Shown here: positions 13,516 to 27,779 of the stretch, in pieces | How positions within the stretch are numbered: position 1 is the first letter of the stretch | How the letters are laid out: every line of letters begins with the position of its first letter | Assembly (NCBI RefSeq): GCF_006345805.1 | Contig: NC_043000.1 | Span: 108,376,001 to 108,440,000, forward strand | Length of the DNA stretch: 64,000 bases | Source: Octopus sinensis | Lineage: Eukaryota | Reading direction: 5' to 3' | Made by a program: the position numbers and the translations under genes | The notes under the pieces: generated by a model | What the model was told of the DNA's origin: nothing | The model's input: only the letters and a program-made list of their open reading frames with translations | The model's database searches: none

Positions 13516-14649
13516 AGAAGAAAATGTAAAATATCGAATGAAAAAATACTTCCAGTATTCATCTGTTTCTCTGTACTTACGTTCCACTGCTTCTTGGGTA
13601 TAGAAAAAAAATCATCGAATTGTACGCATTCCCCACAAATAGTGTCCCAGCGATTGCCAAAACAATAATATTTGTTTAATGTCGATTAAACATTTAATAT
13701 GATTTGTGTAAATGTATTCAATTCAGAAAAAATTTCACTTCCAATTTTGATCATTTAAATAAATGTTGATGTTAGATATATAATTTATACGGTTTTCTGA
13801 ATTGTTAAATGGGTTTCGATGTGTTATTGGTTTATAAAATAAATTAACGCTTATATTTTGTATTTTTAGAACTATATTAAGTTCAGTTAACAAGTATATA
13901 CAGACACACTTGGAAAAGCTATCTCTTAAAAATTGTGACATATTTTGTTGTTTACGGGACACTTATCCATAAAAAAGTATTTTTCAAAACGTACAGGAGC
14001 ATTATTTAATTTGAATAAGCATTTTTTCTTTTATATATTTGAAAATTTCAACATATTTTTACCAGTTACTTATTCGATTTTCATATTCCTTCTTGAAATT
14101 AACTTCTCCTATTTCTTGATTGTAACTAGACATATGCATTTATAGTTTAAAAGAATCTTTAAAATAAAGTATTATAATTTGCTTGAAGCATTGTAATTTG
14201 TAAATGATATTAAATATCTAAAACAAACTTTGAGCAATATCGGGGAAACGTTAGGCAAAGTATATACGATGATGTCAGTAACTAAATATAGAGTGAAATA
14301 AAAGATATTGTATCACATTACATAGGTTGCTTAATGTTCCTCTAATATTTCGGGAAGAATTCGCCTTATCAAAAATAAGAAAGAAAATAATCAAAAGCTT
14401 CGAAGGAAATTACTGTTACGAACTGTGTTATTTAAAAATTACTATTATGATACTGAAATTTTGTGCAACTGAATTTCGTAAATAACATAATTATCTCAAA
14501 TTGCATTTATTTATTTATTCATTTATAAATTTATAAATCATTTTTATATTTACCAAATTTCTTGAAGTTACCAATGTATTTTTTTTTTCTTTTTGTGTTA
14601 TTGTTCTTTTTTCCAACTTTACTTCTGTATTTTCTTTCTTTTTTATTAG

Positions 14650-15080
14650 GTGTGAAATATCTCGATGAATGTCCCAAGGAGCCAAAAATACCAATTTACC
14701 TTTTAGTCGGCGGATCATTTGGTGCCCTCAAATTAGTACTTGTTTTGTGGCGTCAGGTCAAATTTCACCGCTACGAATATGACGACCATTTCACTGATAG
14801 TGAAAAGTTTTTTTCAGCATCACATGTCACGCAAATGTCACTGACAGTGTTTTTGGCCGTTTGGTTCGGCTTTGGTAATTACTGGCTTTATTCTATCTGG
14901 AAACCACATTTCCAGGCTCCGCTACATGAACCTCGTAATTGGTGCTCAGAAACAGTGTTTCGTTTCACATTTTGGCAGCTACTGTCTTGTCATGTTTTGG
15001 TTTGCTGCTCCATCCTTTTGACATTTGTTTTACTCATAACCTACAGATGTTACAAAATTTGTAAAATAGAAAAAAGCTAA
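14650..15080 (+). CDS. TMEM272: Terminal coding exon of a TMEM272-like multi-pass membrane protein; upstream exon(s) not identified in the window
   Basis: Polypyrimidine tract and TTAG acceptor end at 14649. The exon reads (G)VKYLDECPKEPKIPIYLLVGGSFGALKL...FLAVWFGFGNYWLYSIWKPHFQAPLHEPRNWCSETVFRFTFW..., matching the TMEM272 pattern G-x-K-Y/F-L-x-x-C-P-x-x-P-x-I-P-x-YLLVGG and W-F-x-x-G-N-Y-W. Stop at 15078-15080, AATAAA at 15122. The ORF-track start at 14562 is intronic polypyrimidine sequence. Orthology to TMEM272 is recalled, not searched. Confidence 0.8.
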
Positions 15081-17454
15081 TATGAAACAAACTAATAATT
15101 ACTTATAAAATGAAAATGAAAAATAAACATCAACAGAACTAATTCTCTCAGTTTTAAGAAGCTAACGAGAAGTAGGAGAATGAATATCACTGAGAAATAA
15201 GTGATCTATTGTATAATAACAAAATGAACGATTAACGACAAGAAACGACGTTATGTCTATCTGTCTATCAATTTCTGTGTGCACGTATGTATGCATACAT
15301 GTATGTATGTATGTATGTATATATACATGCATGTCTGTATGTATGTATGCGTGTATGTATGCGTGTATGTATGTATGTATGTATGTATGTATGTATGTAT
15401 GTATGTATGTATGTATGTATATGTTTTTATGAATGAATGTGATATGTATGTACAACTCTATATTTATATTGTGTATCAACGCTTGAGTGAAAAATATATA
15501 TATTCACGGTGAAGTGTTAAAAAAACATCTTTTCTCACCTTCCTTTTTTGTCTCACAATCGTTGTTATTTTCTTTATCAAAATTTTCATATTCTTCAATA
15601 CATAATTCGGTGTCGTATGAGACTCGAAAACTCGAGTCGCATGATAAACATTCAGTTTCAATAAAATGTATATATGAAAGTAAAGTATGCATGTATATGT
15701 GTGTGCGTGCGTGTGTATTATAAGCTATTTGTAAGGGAGTTTGGGAGTGGAAACGAACTTTCCAAGAAAATAAAGAAAAATACGACAGTTAAAAGAATAA
15801 AAGCCGCTTGCTGGGTGTGTGAATGAAATCACTTATGTTACAGCTCCGATTTGGCTGAAACACTGATGCAGTTTTTAAAATAAGGGCTAATAAAGAGCCA
15901 AATTACTTAGACATCTTATTTGGTTGGGCTTTTTTTTCTTTTGAGTTTGTGACTGTTTCTCATCATGGACGAATAATCGTTTCATGTTATGTATAAGACA
16001 AGTTAGTCAATCCGTTATGCTGGATGACTTCTAATGCAGTTATGTTTTCTGTTATTATTGTTGCTGTTGTAGTTTGGACGTCATAGACGCTGCTTCTGCC
16101 GCTTCTATTTTTGTTGCCGTCGTGTTTGCTGTGTTGCAAGAGCTCACCTTTATTTCTGAAGCATAGACTACCAATGAGTTAAAACTGAGAAATGCATGCC
16201 GTACTTCTTTCTTTTTCGCTTCTTTTTTTATTAGGCGTGAAATATTTTCGATGAATATCTCTTCATGGTGTAGTACCAGGGAGAAATAGTTCGGTCAAGT
16301 TGACTTCCTCTAGGTAAACTACATGTAAATATGGCTCCACTAAGCTAACTTGCCTTATATACTCAAGATTAAATCTTAAGTAAACACGCTAAAGCATAAT
16401 GAATTAATATCTCTGTAACGCATTTGTTACAAATCAATTGACTCTACATATAAACTTTCAATGAAACTCAGTCAATGCACTTAAACTGAATATTATTCAC
16501 CAATGAGGAGCATGTTCATAATTAGCACGTTCCGGCATGACTTGAACGTGAACATGATAGCTACTGTTGTATTTCGCCTTCGGAGAACAACATCTCCTTT
16601 CAAACGATGTGCATCGATAACACATTGAATTCGGTGATTTAGGGAGAATTTCAGACACCGGTATCTCGACATTATTGCGTCTCATCAGTCAAAGGCACAC
16701 TCGGATCTCTCAAACTAAACAAGAATGGTCGTTCAAACAAATTATGTGCTGATGCTTTCTGTTGTATGTCTAGCCGATATTACGTTATCATAAGCACGTA
16801 ATCAACGCTGTTTTACGCGCTCGTTATAAATGAGTATTATTCAATATATTTATATATGGTTATGTATTCATGTATTTATCAGAATATATGTAATTATTTC
16901 CATAAATTTTCTTTCAAACCGCCTTACAGTGAGTAAGAATGAAGAAGCAGATATATAAAGGGTGCTTGAGATGAATATAAGATGGAATAAGTGTTCCCGC
17001 AATATCACTGGATTCTTCAGGAACCAGTCTCCAGAGAAATGATAAATTGGTATACTGAGCAAAGCAGGGATGGTTATATAACAAATGGAACAATTCAAGC
17101 TGAAGAGAATAACATTTATCAATCGTTCATTGTCACCTCATGATTCTATTTACAGTTCTAAATGGTAAGATATATGAAATTTTGATATGGATAGCCGGAT
17201 ATCTAAAGTAAAGTGTCTTGCTTAAGGGCCAGCATAGGAAAGAACGTGGTGTTTTTTCAAGCCCCAGGCAGACGTTTTTCCCTTTACTTTACTGGGTATT
17301 TCTATTGTGCATGCATTGGTGTAACTCTAGCCTCTCAAACAGGGTCAGGAAGTATATGTCAGGGCTCAGCCTCTGATATCTTCATACCAATATATATGTA
17401 TGTGTGTAATATATATGTTGTATATAGTGTACAAATTGTATGAATGTATATATG

Positions 17455-17487
<33 letters not shown>

Positions 17488-17502
17488 TTGTGTGTGTCTG
17501 TG

Positions 17503-17549
<47 letters not shown>

Positions 17550-17604
17550 GAATGGAGGAGTAAATGAACAAAATTAAGGTACTGAATACAATAAAGGGTG
17601 TAAC

Positions 17605-17641
<37 letters not shown>

Positions 17642-17670
17642 TATATGGATATATATATATACGTATATCC

Positions 17671-17705
<35 letters not shown>

Positions 17706-18649
17706 TACACATATATACACACACACATATATATATATGGATATATATATATACGTATATCCATATATATATATATAACAACACATAAATATACATATCA
17801 CATATATATATATATACATACATACATTCATATATATATATTTATATACACATACATACATATATATATATATGTGTGGCACATACATTTCTACATATAT
17901 AAACACACGCACACGCGCACTCACACACATGCACGCACACACTCTCTCACACACACACTCTCTCACACACACATTCATATAAAACGTCTTGCGTGTCCTT
18001 AACACACAAAACGTTACACCTTTGAACTATAGAGTATGCTGATAATTAGTTACCCTACATGTATTTTTGCATACATGTTTGTATGTGCATATGACTGTTC
18101 ATATATATATATATTTGTGTATATTCGTGTGAGTGTGTGAGTAAGAAAGAGAGTTTATAAGATTTAGGTACCCTCCAATAGTATTATTGGAATTATGACT
18201 TAATCTGAAAGCAATTTCGCGTTGGTTTTATGATTTGCTCGGTAGCTGCCTCTCAATCTTATGCTTACTGAAATATATTGAGAGCATTCCAGGCTGCTGA
18301 GCTGACATAGGAGGATTTGTCTTTTTATAAGGGATCTGTAAAGTCATTCGTGCGCAGTGATTCTGTGGCTTAGCAAAGTGATTTTTAAAATGTAAAATAA
18401 AAACTATAAACATGTGTATTATTTTATGTGACTCTAACAAAAATATTGAAAGTCTAGGAAATAACGACAGCGAACAAAAACTTTAAATAACAGGGAAGGG
18501 GTTTAATTTATGTTTTTACGAATTCTGTTAGTGTTTAACGACAAAAACAAACAATCTATAAACCAATATCTATGGTGTTGTGTACTATTTTATTGATACA
18601 TATACAACTTGATCTAAAATACGTATATACTTTTATGTACTATATATAT

Positions 18650-18787
18650 ATCTCGTATCTTTAGCTTTATATAATATCAAATATATATATTATAGTTATA
18701 TTATATAAATATAAATATAATATTATATTGTATATATATATATTATATATAGAGATCTACGAATATACTTATAATATATCTATATAT

Positions 18788-18857
<70 letters not shown>

Positions 18858-19009
18858 ATATATATATATATATCTATATATATATAGATATATTTATATA
18901 TATATATATATATATATAGATATATATATATATATATATATATATAGATATATATATATATATATATATATATATTACTATATATATATCTATATATATA
19001 TATATATAT

Positions 19010-19041
<32 letters not shown>

Positions 19042-19121
19042 ATATTATAATATATATATTTATATATTATATATCTATTATATATTATTAATATATATAT
19101 ATATATATTTATATATATTAT

Positions 19122-19179
<58 letters not shown>

Positions 19180-19231
19180 TTATATTATATATATATATAT
19201 ATATATTAATTATAAGATATATATATTATAG

Positions 19232-19266
<35 letters not shown>

Positions 19267-19285
19267 ATATATATATTTATATATT

Positions 19286-19381
<96 letters not shown>

Positions 19382-19385
19382 CTAC
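18650..19385. repeat. Long imperfect (TA)n array (other large TA/TG/TATG/TATC tracts throughout, e.g. 8490-8880, 17390-17990, 20750-21110, 22670-23560, 63117-63352)
   Basis: Directly visible. Confidence 0.97.
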
Positions 19386-19645
19386 ATATACTACTATAGA
19401 TGAAACATAACTACAAATACTTATAAGTTATTACGGTTACGCTCTCTCTCTCTCTCACACACACACCACATACACTCACACTCACATGCATATACGGTAT
19501 ACATCTACATATATACAGATTGCATACATACATTGTATATATGTCGATAAATAAGTACAATGACACACACACACTCATGCACACACACTCACACCACACA
19601 CACACCACACACAACAACACACACACAACACACACAACACACAAC

Positions 19646-19682
<37 letters not shown>

Positions 19683-19690
19683 ATATATAC

Positions 19691-19723
<33 letters not shown>

Positions 19724-20265
19724 CTGAATTTTATAGTGTCAATTATTCATCACGGCTGGTCGTTACCAATCGGTTTCGCGTTTTAAATGGTACAATGGAG
19801 TGCTAGGTAACAAACCAGTTGCCATTTCCTTTTCCATGTCGGCTATCTCTTATATTGTATGACTGGTTTCTTGCCTAATACTCCATTATACAATTTCACG
19901 CCAAACCGATATGAGTAGATATATGAATAATGATTTTCATCATTGACACAAATTCCTGGAACAAGGACTCCTTGATTACTGAATTAAACACGGAAATATG
20001 ATTAAATGATTGAACTCAGAATATAAGTTGATGTAGATGAATATCATGCACCATCTATTGCTTCTCTCTTGTATGTTTATATGTACACACAAACACACAC
20101 ACACACACGCATCATACACGCACACATACAGACACACAGGCATATATATATGTAATTACATACATATATACACACACACACATATATATATACATCAGTA
20201 CCTAAGCATATATATATATATTATATATAAATGAAAGAATGGAGTTGAACGACGATTTAACAAAA

Positions 20266-20362
20266 TTCCTTTATTCTCGACATATGTTTCGAAGGCTGCA
20301 TATTCTTAATTCGAAGGAAATAGGGGTGCATTATGCCGCCTTCTCATCAGGAAAACAAGGAA
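20266..20362 (-). ncRNA. Type I hammerhead ribozyme in a probable Penelope-like terminal fragment (about 20230-20535)
   Basis: CUGAUGA (20350-20344), stem II GAAGGC/GCCUUC, GAAA (20290-20287), palindromic stem III CAUAUG, GUC cleavage triplet (C at 20279), stem I of about 12 bp (UUCCUUGUUUUC / GAGAAUAAAGGAA, one bulge). Confidence 0.75.
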
Positions 20363-21027
20363 ACTTTTGTCAGCATCAAAATGAACAAAAACTCTTAGAT
20401 GGCTGCTCACACGGAGTCCATAGCGATAATGAGTATTTCTTGTAGCTTCAACCGTGTTTTTCTGACGTGAATTTGCTACCCAGGTATCGGTTAACCGAAT
20501 TATCCATACTAAGATAATTCATTCAACTACTTAAATATACATATATATACATGTGTATGTGTAAGTAAAAGATTGTATCTGATATTTTAATCTTACTTGA
20601 TGTTCATATATTATGAACTTTTATTACAGCAGTATAACAAATATTTACTTCGTACGTGGGCGTGTGTGTGTGTGTGTGCGTGTGTGCATGTTCGTTACCT
20701 ATTGTGACATAATTACGTTGTGTGTGTGTGTGTGTTTGTGTGTATGTGTGCGTGTGTGTATAGATATGGATATAAATAGATATATACATATACATCTACA
20801 TATATGCATATGCATATACATATAGACATGTACTCATATATATTCATACATATATACATATATGTTTATGTATATATATATACATATATATATATATGAA
20901 TAATGTATATATAACATATGTATAATATATGAATAATGTATATATACATATGTATAGTATGTATACACACACATATTATATATATATATATATATATATT
21001 CATATACATATTATAATATATATATAT

Positions 21028-21059
<32 letters not shown>

Positions 21060-22237
21060 ATATAATATATGTATGTATGTATGTATGTGTATGTATGTAT
21101 GTATGTATTGTAATGGTTTTTGAATTGAACTGAGGCAGTACATGAGATGTTAAAACCAATTTATACCCATCAATTGGCTCTAGGTACCAATGGGTTGGGT
21201 ATTTTTTTTTTTTTTGTTTTTCTTCTCAATTTTCCACAGGTATGTACATATTTGAACTGTAATATTATAATGATATTTACAACCCATGTATCACAAGTTT
21301 ATATTTCTTGAAGCAAACTTTTTCACTTCTGTTTTAAGCCGTTCAAACAATATTCCATTAATAAACAACCTTCGTTTATTAAATGAAAACTTTTACTGTA
21401 CGTTTCAAATATACTGAATTAACTCTATGGCTTCTCAATTGGACAGAATGAATCTACGAAAAATAAAGAAAAATCACATAAATAAGACCATTTAACGTTT
21501 ATCTTTTATGTACGAAAATGTTAGTTATTGTGACGGTCTCACGTTTCACCAATTATTTCAACATTTTTGAAAACCAAGCTATTGTATTTTTGTGACTATG
21601 TAAGTTATTTTTGTAAAGATTTTCGCATGGTCATTTGCGACGCAGATTCAAAAGTATACATACTCTTTTTACAAAGTCACCCTGTTTTTGTTACTATTTT
21701 GTCAAAGTCACGTTTCGCCATTTCTTTAAAACTCTATCAATATTAATTGTCACATTCACATCTGCACAATCTGCTGTTTCAACACCTTTCGTTTATATGT
21801 GTAAAAGTGTTTAAAATTATATCTGAATCAAGTTTTAGTAGTTTTTCATCTGTATATTTGGGCGTGACAGCACCAATATTTGCAGTTAAGCCTATTCCAG
21901 GTCTCATCGTTACTTTACAAACTTGCATATTGCACTTGCAGTAATGTCTGTTTCCGTTTTCACAGTCATCTTTATTAAACAGGTAGCTATGTCTGTAACA
22001 ACACTTACAAATAAGAATTTGTTCAATAAATGTGAGGTGGCTTAAGGTCACTTCACATTTCTTACAAATATTTTACAGCTAATTCACTCAGTCGTCAAAG
22101 AAGAGTCAATCATTCAATGAAAAAAAATGTTAGTACCGTTACTCTTACTACGACTTTATAATCCTCACTGTCAAGTATATATCAATTCTTATAATGGCAT
22201 CAGTTTTGCAAATCTAGTAATTTCAATCATTTGCTAT

Positions 22238-22337
22238 NNNNNNNNNNNNNNNNNNNNNNNNNNNNNNNNNNNNNNNNNNNNNNNNNNNNNNNNNNNNNNN
22301 NNNNNNNNNNNNNNNNNNNNNNNNNNNNNNNNNNNNN
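22238..22337. other. Assembly gap (100 N)
   Basis: Run of exactly 100 N. Confidence 1.
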
Positions 22338-22421
22338 CTAATTTACGGGGACGTAAACACACCAACATCGGTTGTCAAGCGATAGTGGAGGATAATACAG
22401 ATACATAATATATTCATATGT

Positions 22422-22480
<59 letters not shown>

Positions 22481-22663
22481 ATATGTGTGTGTGTGTGTAT
22501 ATATATATGTATATACGACGGGCTTCTTTCAGTTTCCATCTACCAAATCCATTTGGGTCGGCGAGGCTATAATAGATGACACTTGACCAAGTTGCCACGC
22601 GGTGGGACTGAACCGGAATCATGTGGTTGCAAATCAACCTTATCAAACAACCACGCCTGCGCC
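22338..22663 (-). mobile_element. SINE family A, 3' end lost in the assembly gap
   Basis: Homology to other family-A copies from the gap edge to ..CCACGCCTGCGCC. Confidence 0.8.
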
Positions 22664-22710
22664 TATATATATATATGCATGAATATATAAGTATATATAT
22701 GTGTGTATGC

Positions 22711-22776
<66 letters not shown>

Positions 22777-22956
22777 ATACAATACACTATAAATAGAACA
22801 CATATCTTATACATACATATATCTATATATATATATATGTTTACATAAATACATATATATATATTCAGATATATAATATATAAGTGGTGTGTTATGCATG
22901 CCCTTATATATATATATACATATATGCATATATATATATAATATATATTATACATA

Positions 22957-22995
<39 letters not shown>

Positions 22996-23265
22996 ATATA
23001 TATATATATATATATAATACAAATAAGAAAATGGAGGAACAGATTCCTTTCAATCATCGACTTACAGATAATACCAATTCATATTATTTATTAACTACTT
23101 AAATAGAACATCCCATACACAAATAAACAATATACATCAATAAGTAAGATAATACCATAAAAATAATACACATAAAATGGATCTTACAGCTGTTTCAGCT
23201 GTATAAAGATATCTCATTGTGCCTAGTCAGATGTATTGAGGTAATATGCAGTTAAAAATGAGTAA

Positions 23266-23343
<78 letters not shown>

Positions 23344-23431
23344 CAAGGCCTCGTCAGAGATTATAAAGTACAATTATATAAATATAAAAATGCAAATATA
23401 AATATGAAACAAAATACACATACACAAGAAT

Positions 23432-23477
<46 letters not shown>

Positions 23478-23764
23478 ATATAATATATATATATATATAT
23501 AGTGTATATACATATATATAAGTATATATATATATATAATAATATACATACACATAAAGTTACAGATAATCAAATATATATACTGGAGTATACATATACA
23601 TCCACATCAATGGGTACATATACAGAGTCCAAAGTTCATTATATTACATTACCAAAATATTAATATTATTATTGTTATTAATAATACCAATAATGGAATA
23701 TGTGCATTCTGCAATTCACAATGCATAGTAGATGGAAAATACCACATAAAATATTAAAAAAAAA

Positions 23765-23807
<43 letters not shown>

Positions 23808-24846
23808 GTACATATATTTCTCGTGATCATTTTCAAACAATCCAACTCAGTCTTAACTGATAATAGTTTGAGCTTTCTCCATCAATATTTTCTACATCCA
23901 TCAGTCTGACACTGCTTTTTAAAATAGTTAAAATTGAGAAATACATCTTTATAATGATTCCATTATGAACTTTTATTTACATCATTGTATATGTATGTTA
24001 GGGCGGAGAGCTGGTTGAATCGTTCGCATGCCGGACAAAAATACTTAGCGGTACTTCGTCCGTTTTTCTGGGTTCTAATGTTGCCTTTCATATTTTTGGG
24101 GTCGATGATATAAGTACCAGTATACCATTGGGGTGGATATAATCGACTAGCCCCTTCTCACAGAATGTCTGGCCTCGTGAATATAATAGAAATGATTTAT
24201 TTATATACGTATATATGATCACATATACGTATACACACACACACACATATTATATATGTGTGTGTGTGTGTGTGTTCGTGTGTGTGTGTGTGTGTTCGTG
24301 TGTGTATGTGTGTGTGTTTCTGTATTTCACTCACAAAAAATCAAAATGCTTTAAAGAGCCCCTTATATGAAAGTCTATTACACTCACACACTCACACAAA
24401 TTCAACACTCCCATATATGCGTTTGTATGATTGAATATGCTATCCTATATAGGTATGGATTTTTTTTTACATACATACACACACTTAGGTCTGTGTATAA
24501 TATTTTTCCTCTTGATATTTGTGATTTTTAATATTAGAACATTTACTTATATAATTCTTTGTGGAACATATTATTGATGCACACATATTTCAAATTTCAG
24601 TTTTAATAAATATATTGAACCCAACAACACCTCGTTGTTCTACAACACTTAATGCCCCTCATCTTTAAAAATGCAAAACAATTGCATTGAATTCACTCAT
24701 GTTGGTATGAAAATTATGCACTATTTTATTTCACCTGTGAAATCGCCTCCTGATTCGGATTTTGCATCTGGTTTCAAACCAAATTTACTGCGTGTACGTT
24801 TGCGTATGTTTCTATAGATGTAGTTATGTATATATCCGTATATGCG

Positions 24847-24887
<41 letters not shown>

Positions 24888-24889
24888 TT

Positions 24890-24985
<96 letters not shown>

Positions 24986-25912
24986 CACACATACATATAT
25001 ACAGCCCATCAATAATCGAATATGTGTTTATCTATATATATGCAAGCTTATATGTGCATGCATATACATGTGTTTATGTGTATACATACACAGACATACA
25101 AATGTGCCTGTATTCATCTGTATTATATACAGGTGTGTGCATCTGTCCATGTATGCATGTATGTATGTATATATGTGCGTGTGAGCGTATGTGTTTGTGT
25201 GTGTTTGTGTGTGTTTGTGTGTGTGTGTGTTTTTGTGTGTGTGTGCGTGCGTGTGTGTGTGTGTACATAGATAATTGAAAATGCATTACACAGCGTTTGG
25301 GGGCATTTAAAGTTTTAAACATTTAAAAAAATAAACATATAGTTTTAACTTCAAAGATTCTTTTCCGTGAGTAGAAAAATGAGATGGATTTAATCAGCTT
25401 CTCGTTTCTTTCACACCTTGATAAAATTATATGTTTATTAAAAACACACATGCCTTACATTTGAAATAACTACAAAATACCGTTTGTACTCTCTGTACTT
25501 AATTCACGTTGACAGTGCATTTTACGTTGTTTTAGTTGTATCTAATTTTGTACACAAAATATATAGCTGTAAGCTACTAATCTCTCCTTGTATTCAAGAA
25601 TGTTTTCTTTCTCTGATGAAGGCGTTAAAGGACCAGGAACTAGTCTGATCAGTTCTATTTTATGCCTGTGGACACATTATTTATTGAGAGCAAGACGTTG
25701 AGTGAAACGGTTTCGGTATTTATTGTTACTCATCAGAGTCGTTTACTATGTTTGCAAATTGTCGAATTTACGGCGAGTAAATTTTATGACAATATAAACA
25801 AATAGCATAGCATTTATGCATAAACAGTTATTCAAATTGCACCTGCCGGTGCCTTTGTTGGTGTACATGCATATACATATATACATACATACACATACAC
25901 ACGTGTATGTGC

Positions 25913-25981
<69 letters not shown>

Positions 25982-26571
25982 TTACTTAAAGAGCTATGTG
26001 TGTTGTTTTTGTATAGTCATATATATATATGTGTGTGTATACATATAATTATATACAAACATAGAGACATACATACGCTTGTATACAAACATAAACTCAC
26101 ATACACACATACATAAACATGCGTCTACGCATATTTATGTTTTTTTTCTTTTATCTTTACTGTCACTTAAACATGTGTTCCCCTCACTTCCATCATATTT
26201 TATCGATACTGTTTATAATTCTATACATTGATTTTTTTCTACGGTTTTGATCTTTTAAAATATGTTTATAAACTCATATAAAATGTCTTTAATCTTTAAC
26301 AAATGGAGAAAAAAAAAGAAGAAACAAACGAAAAATAATACGAACGAAATATTCGGGGTGGCGATTTTGTGCAAAATGAATTACATTTTTGTTTGATTAT
26401 CTTTTTCATGATTTTTTTTTCAAATATCAATAACCATAAATGAAGCAAAATAAAAGAAAATGAAAATTTAAATTTTGTGTTTAAAAGCCACCTCAGTAAT
26501 AATGATACTAATAACAACAACAAAAACAACAACAATAATAATAATAATGATAATGATGATGATGATGATGA

Positions 26572-26635
<64 letters not shown>

Positions 26636-27170
26636 TAATATGCAATCAAATAGAAAATATTTACACGCAACAAAACCTACCATACAAACGCCACATAAGG
26701 TAAAACAACACAATTCGTGCAAACTATATTCTACAAGCTTAAAGCCCAATGATAAAAAATGACCCACATTACACACACCAAGCACAACAGAACAAACACT
26801 AATATAAGAAGAAAAGTAAAACAAAACTATTAACAAAGAAAACTGACACAGTACACCATCAGTAGGAGTCTGTACTCAGCCAATCCCCATAAAAATAGGA
26901 ACACAATACTGCACACATCTCAGAAACACGGAGATGTACCTGGTACTGCAGTAGAATTCGCGAGAACTTACGGAAGAAATAACAACAACAACAACAACAA
27001 CAACAATAATAATAATAATAATAATAATGATGATGATGATAATAATAATAATGATAATAACGATAATAATAATAATAATAACGATAATAATAATAATGAT
27101 AATAACGATAATAATAATAATAATAATAATAATAACGATAATATAATAATAATAATAAATAATAATAATA

Positions 27171-27726
27171 AATGCCCTGATGCAGTACCAGGCAGTGGCT
27201 CTCATGGCTTCTGATCTTAACTGACTGGAAGTGTTATCATGTACATTGTTTTGTCTTGGTATAAAAGATGGGCTACAGCAAATATTCTGCTCAATACCAC
27301 AGGTTTGCTTGTCAGTTGTTTGACCTTAACCAGTTGAGCATGTCCCTTAGTGGCTGACGATATGTGCATCTCTGATCACGAGCAGAAGTAGTGGGGGAGC
27401 ATCATGGCCATGTGTTGAGAGGGATTCTTTGGAGTTTGAATGGTTCACCTCTGGAAACATAGGTGTTTCGTTCAACATCCTAAAGCAACCCTTATTCGGG
27501 ACCGTTTGAGCAGGATGGGCTACTCAACCTGAAGAAAATTCTAACTGGGCCCCACCTGCAAGGTCATGTGTTGTTTATCTTGATATGAGATCACCATGTC
27601 GCGCACATATGGTTGTGATGCATGTGCCTGGTGTACCTTTATCAGACGGGTAGTCATGATGGGTATATTGGGCTTCGTATATTTTACCCCAGTGTCACTT
27701 TGATGGCATGAACTGCTCTCTCACTC

Positions 27727-27727
<1 letters not shown>
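27171..27727. repeat. About 555-bp interspersed repeat embedded in (AAT)n, class unresolved
   Basis: Higher-GC unique-looking block with sharp (AAT)n boundaries on both sides; recalled as a common octopod repeat; no ORF of 60 aa or more. Confidence 0.5.
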
Positions 27728-27778
<51 letters not shown>

Positions 27779-27779
27779 G

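Noticed and set aside
14562-14649. N-terminal 29 aa of the 172-aa ORF as a signal or transmembrane segment
   Set aside because: It is the polypyrimidine tract ending in a canonical TTAG acceptor; family similarity begins exactly after it.
16690-16745. Serpin-like FERPFLFSLRD peptide on the minus strand
   Set aside because: It stops 10 codons later, has no other serpin motifs, and is better explained as a PLE terminus.
25600-25745. Two CTGATGA-containing hammerhead-like candidates (25614 plus; 25731 minus)
   Set aside because: The GAAA box or stem I pairing is missing, so a consistent fold could not be drawn.
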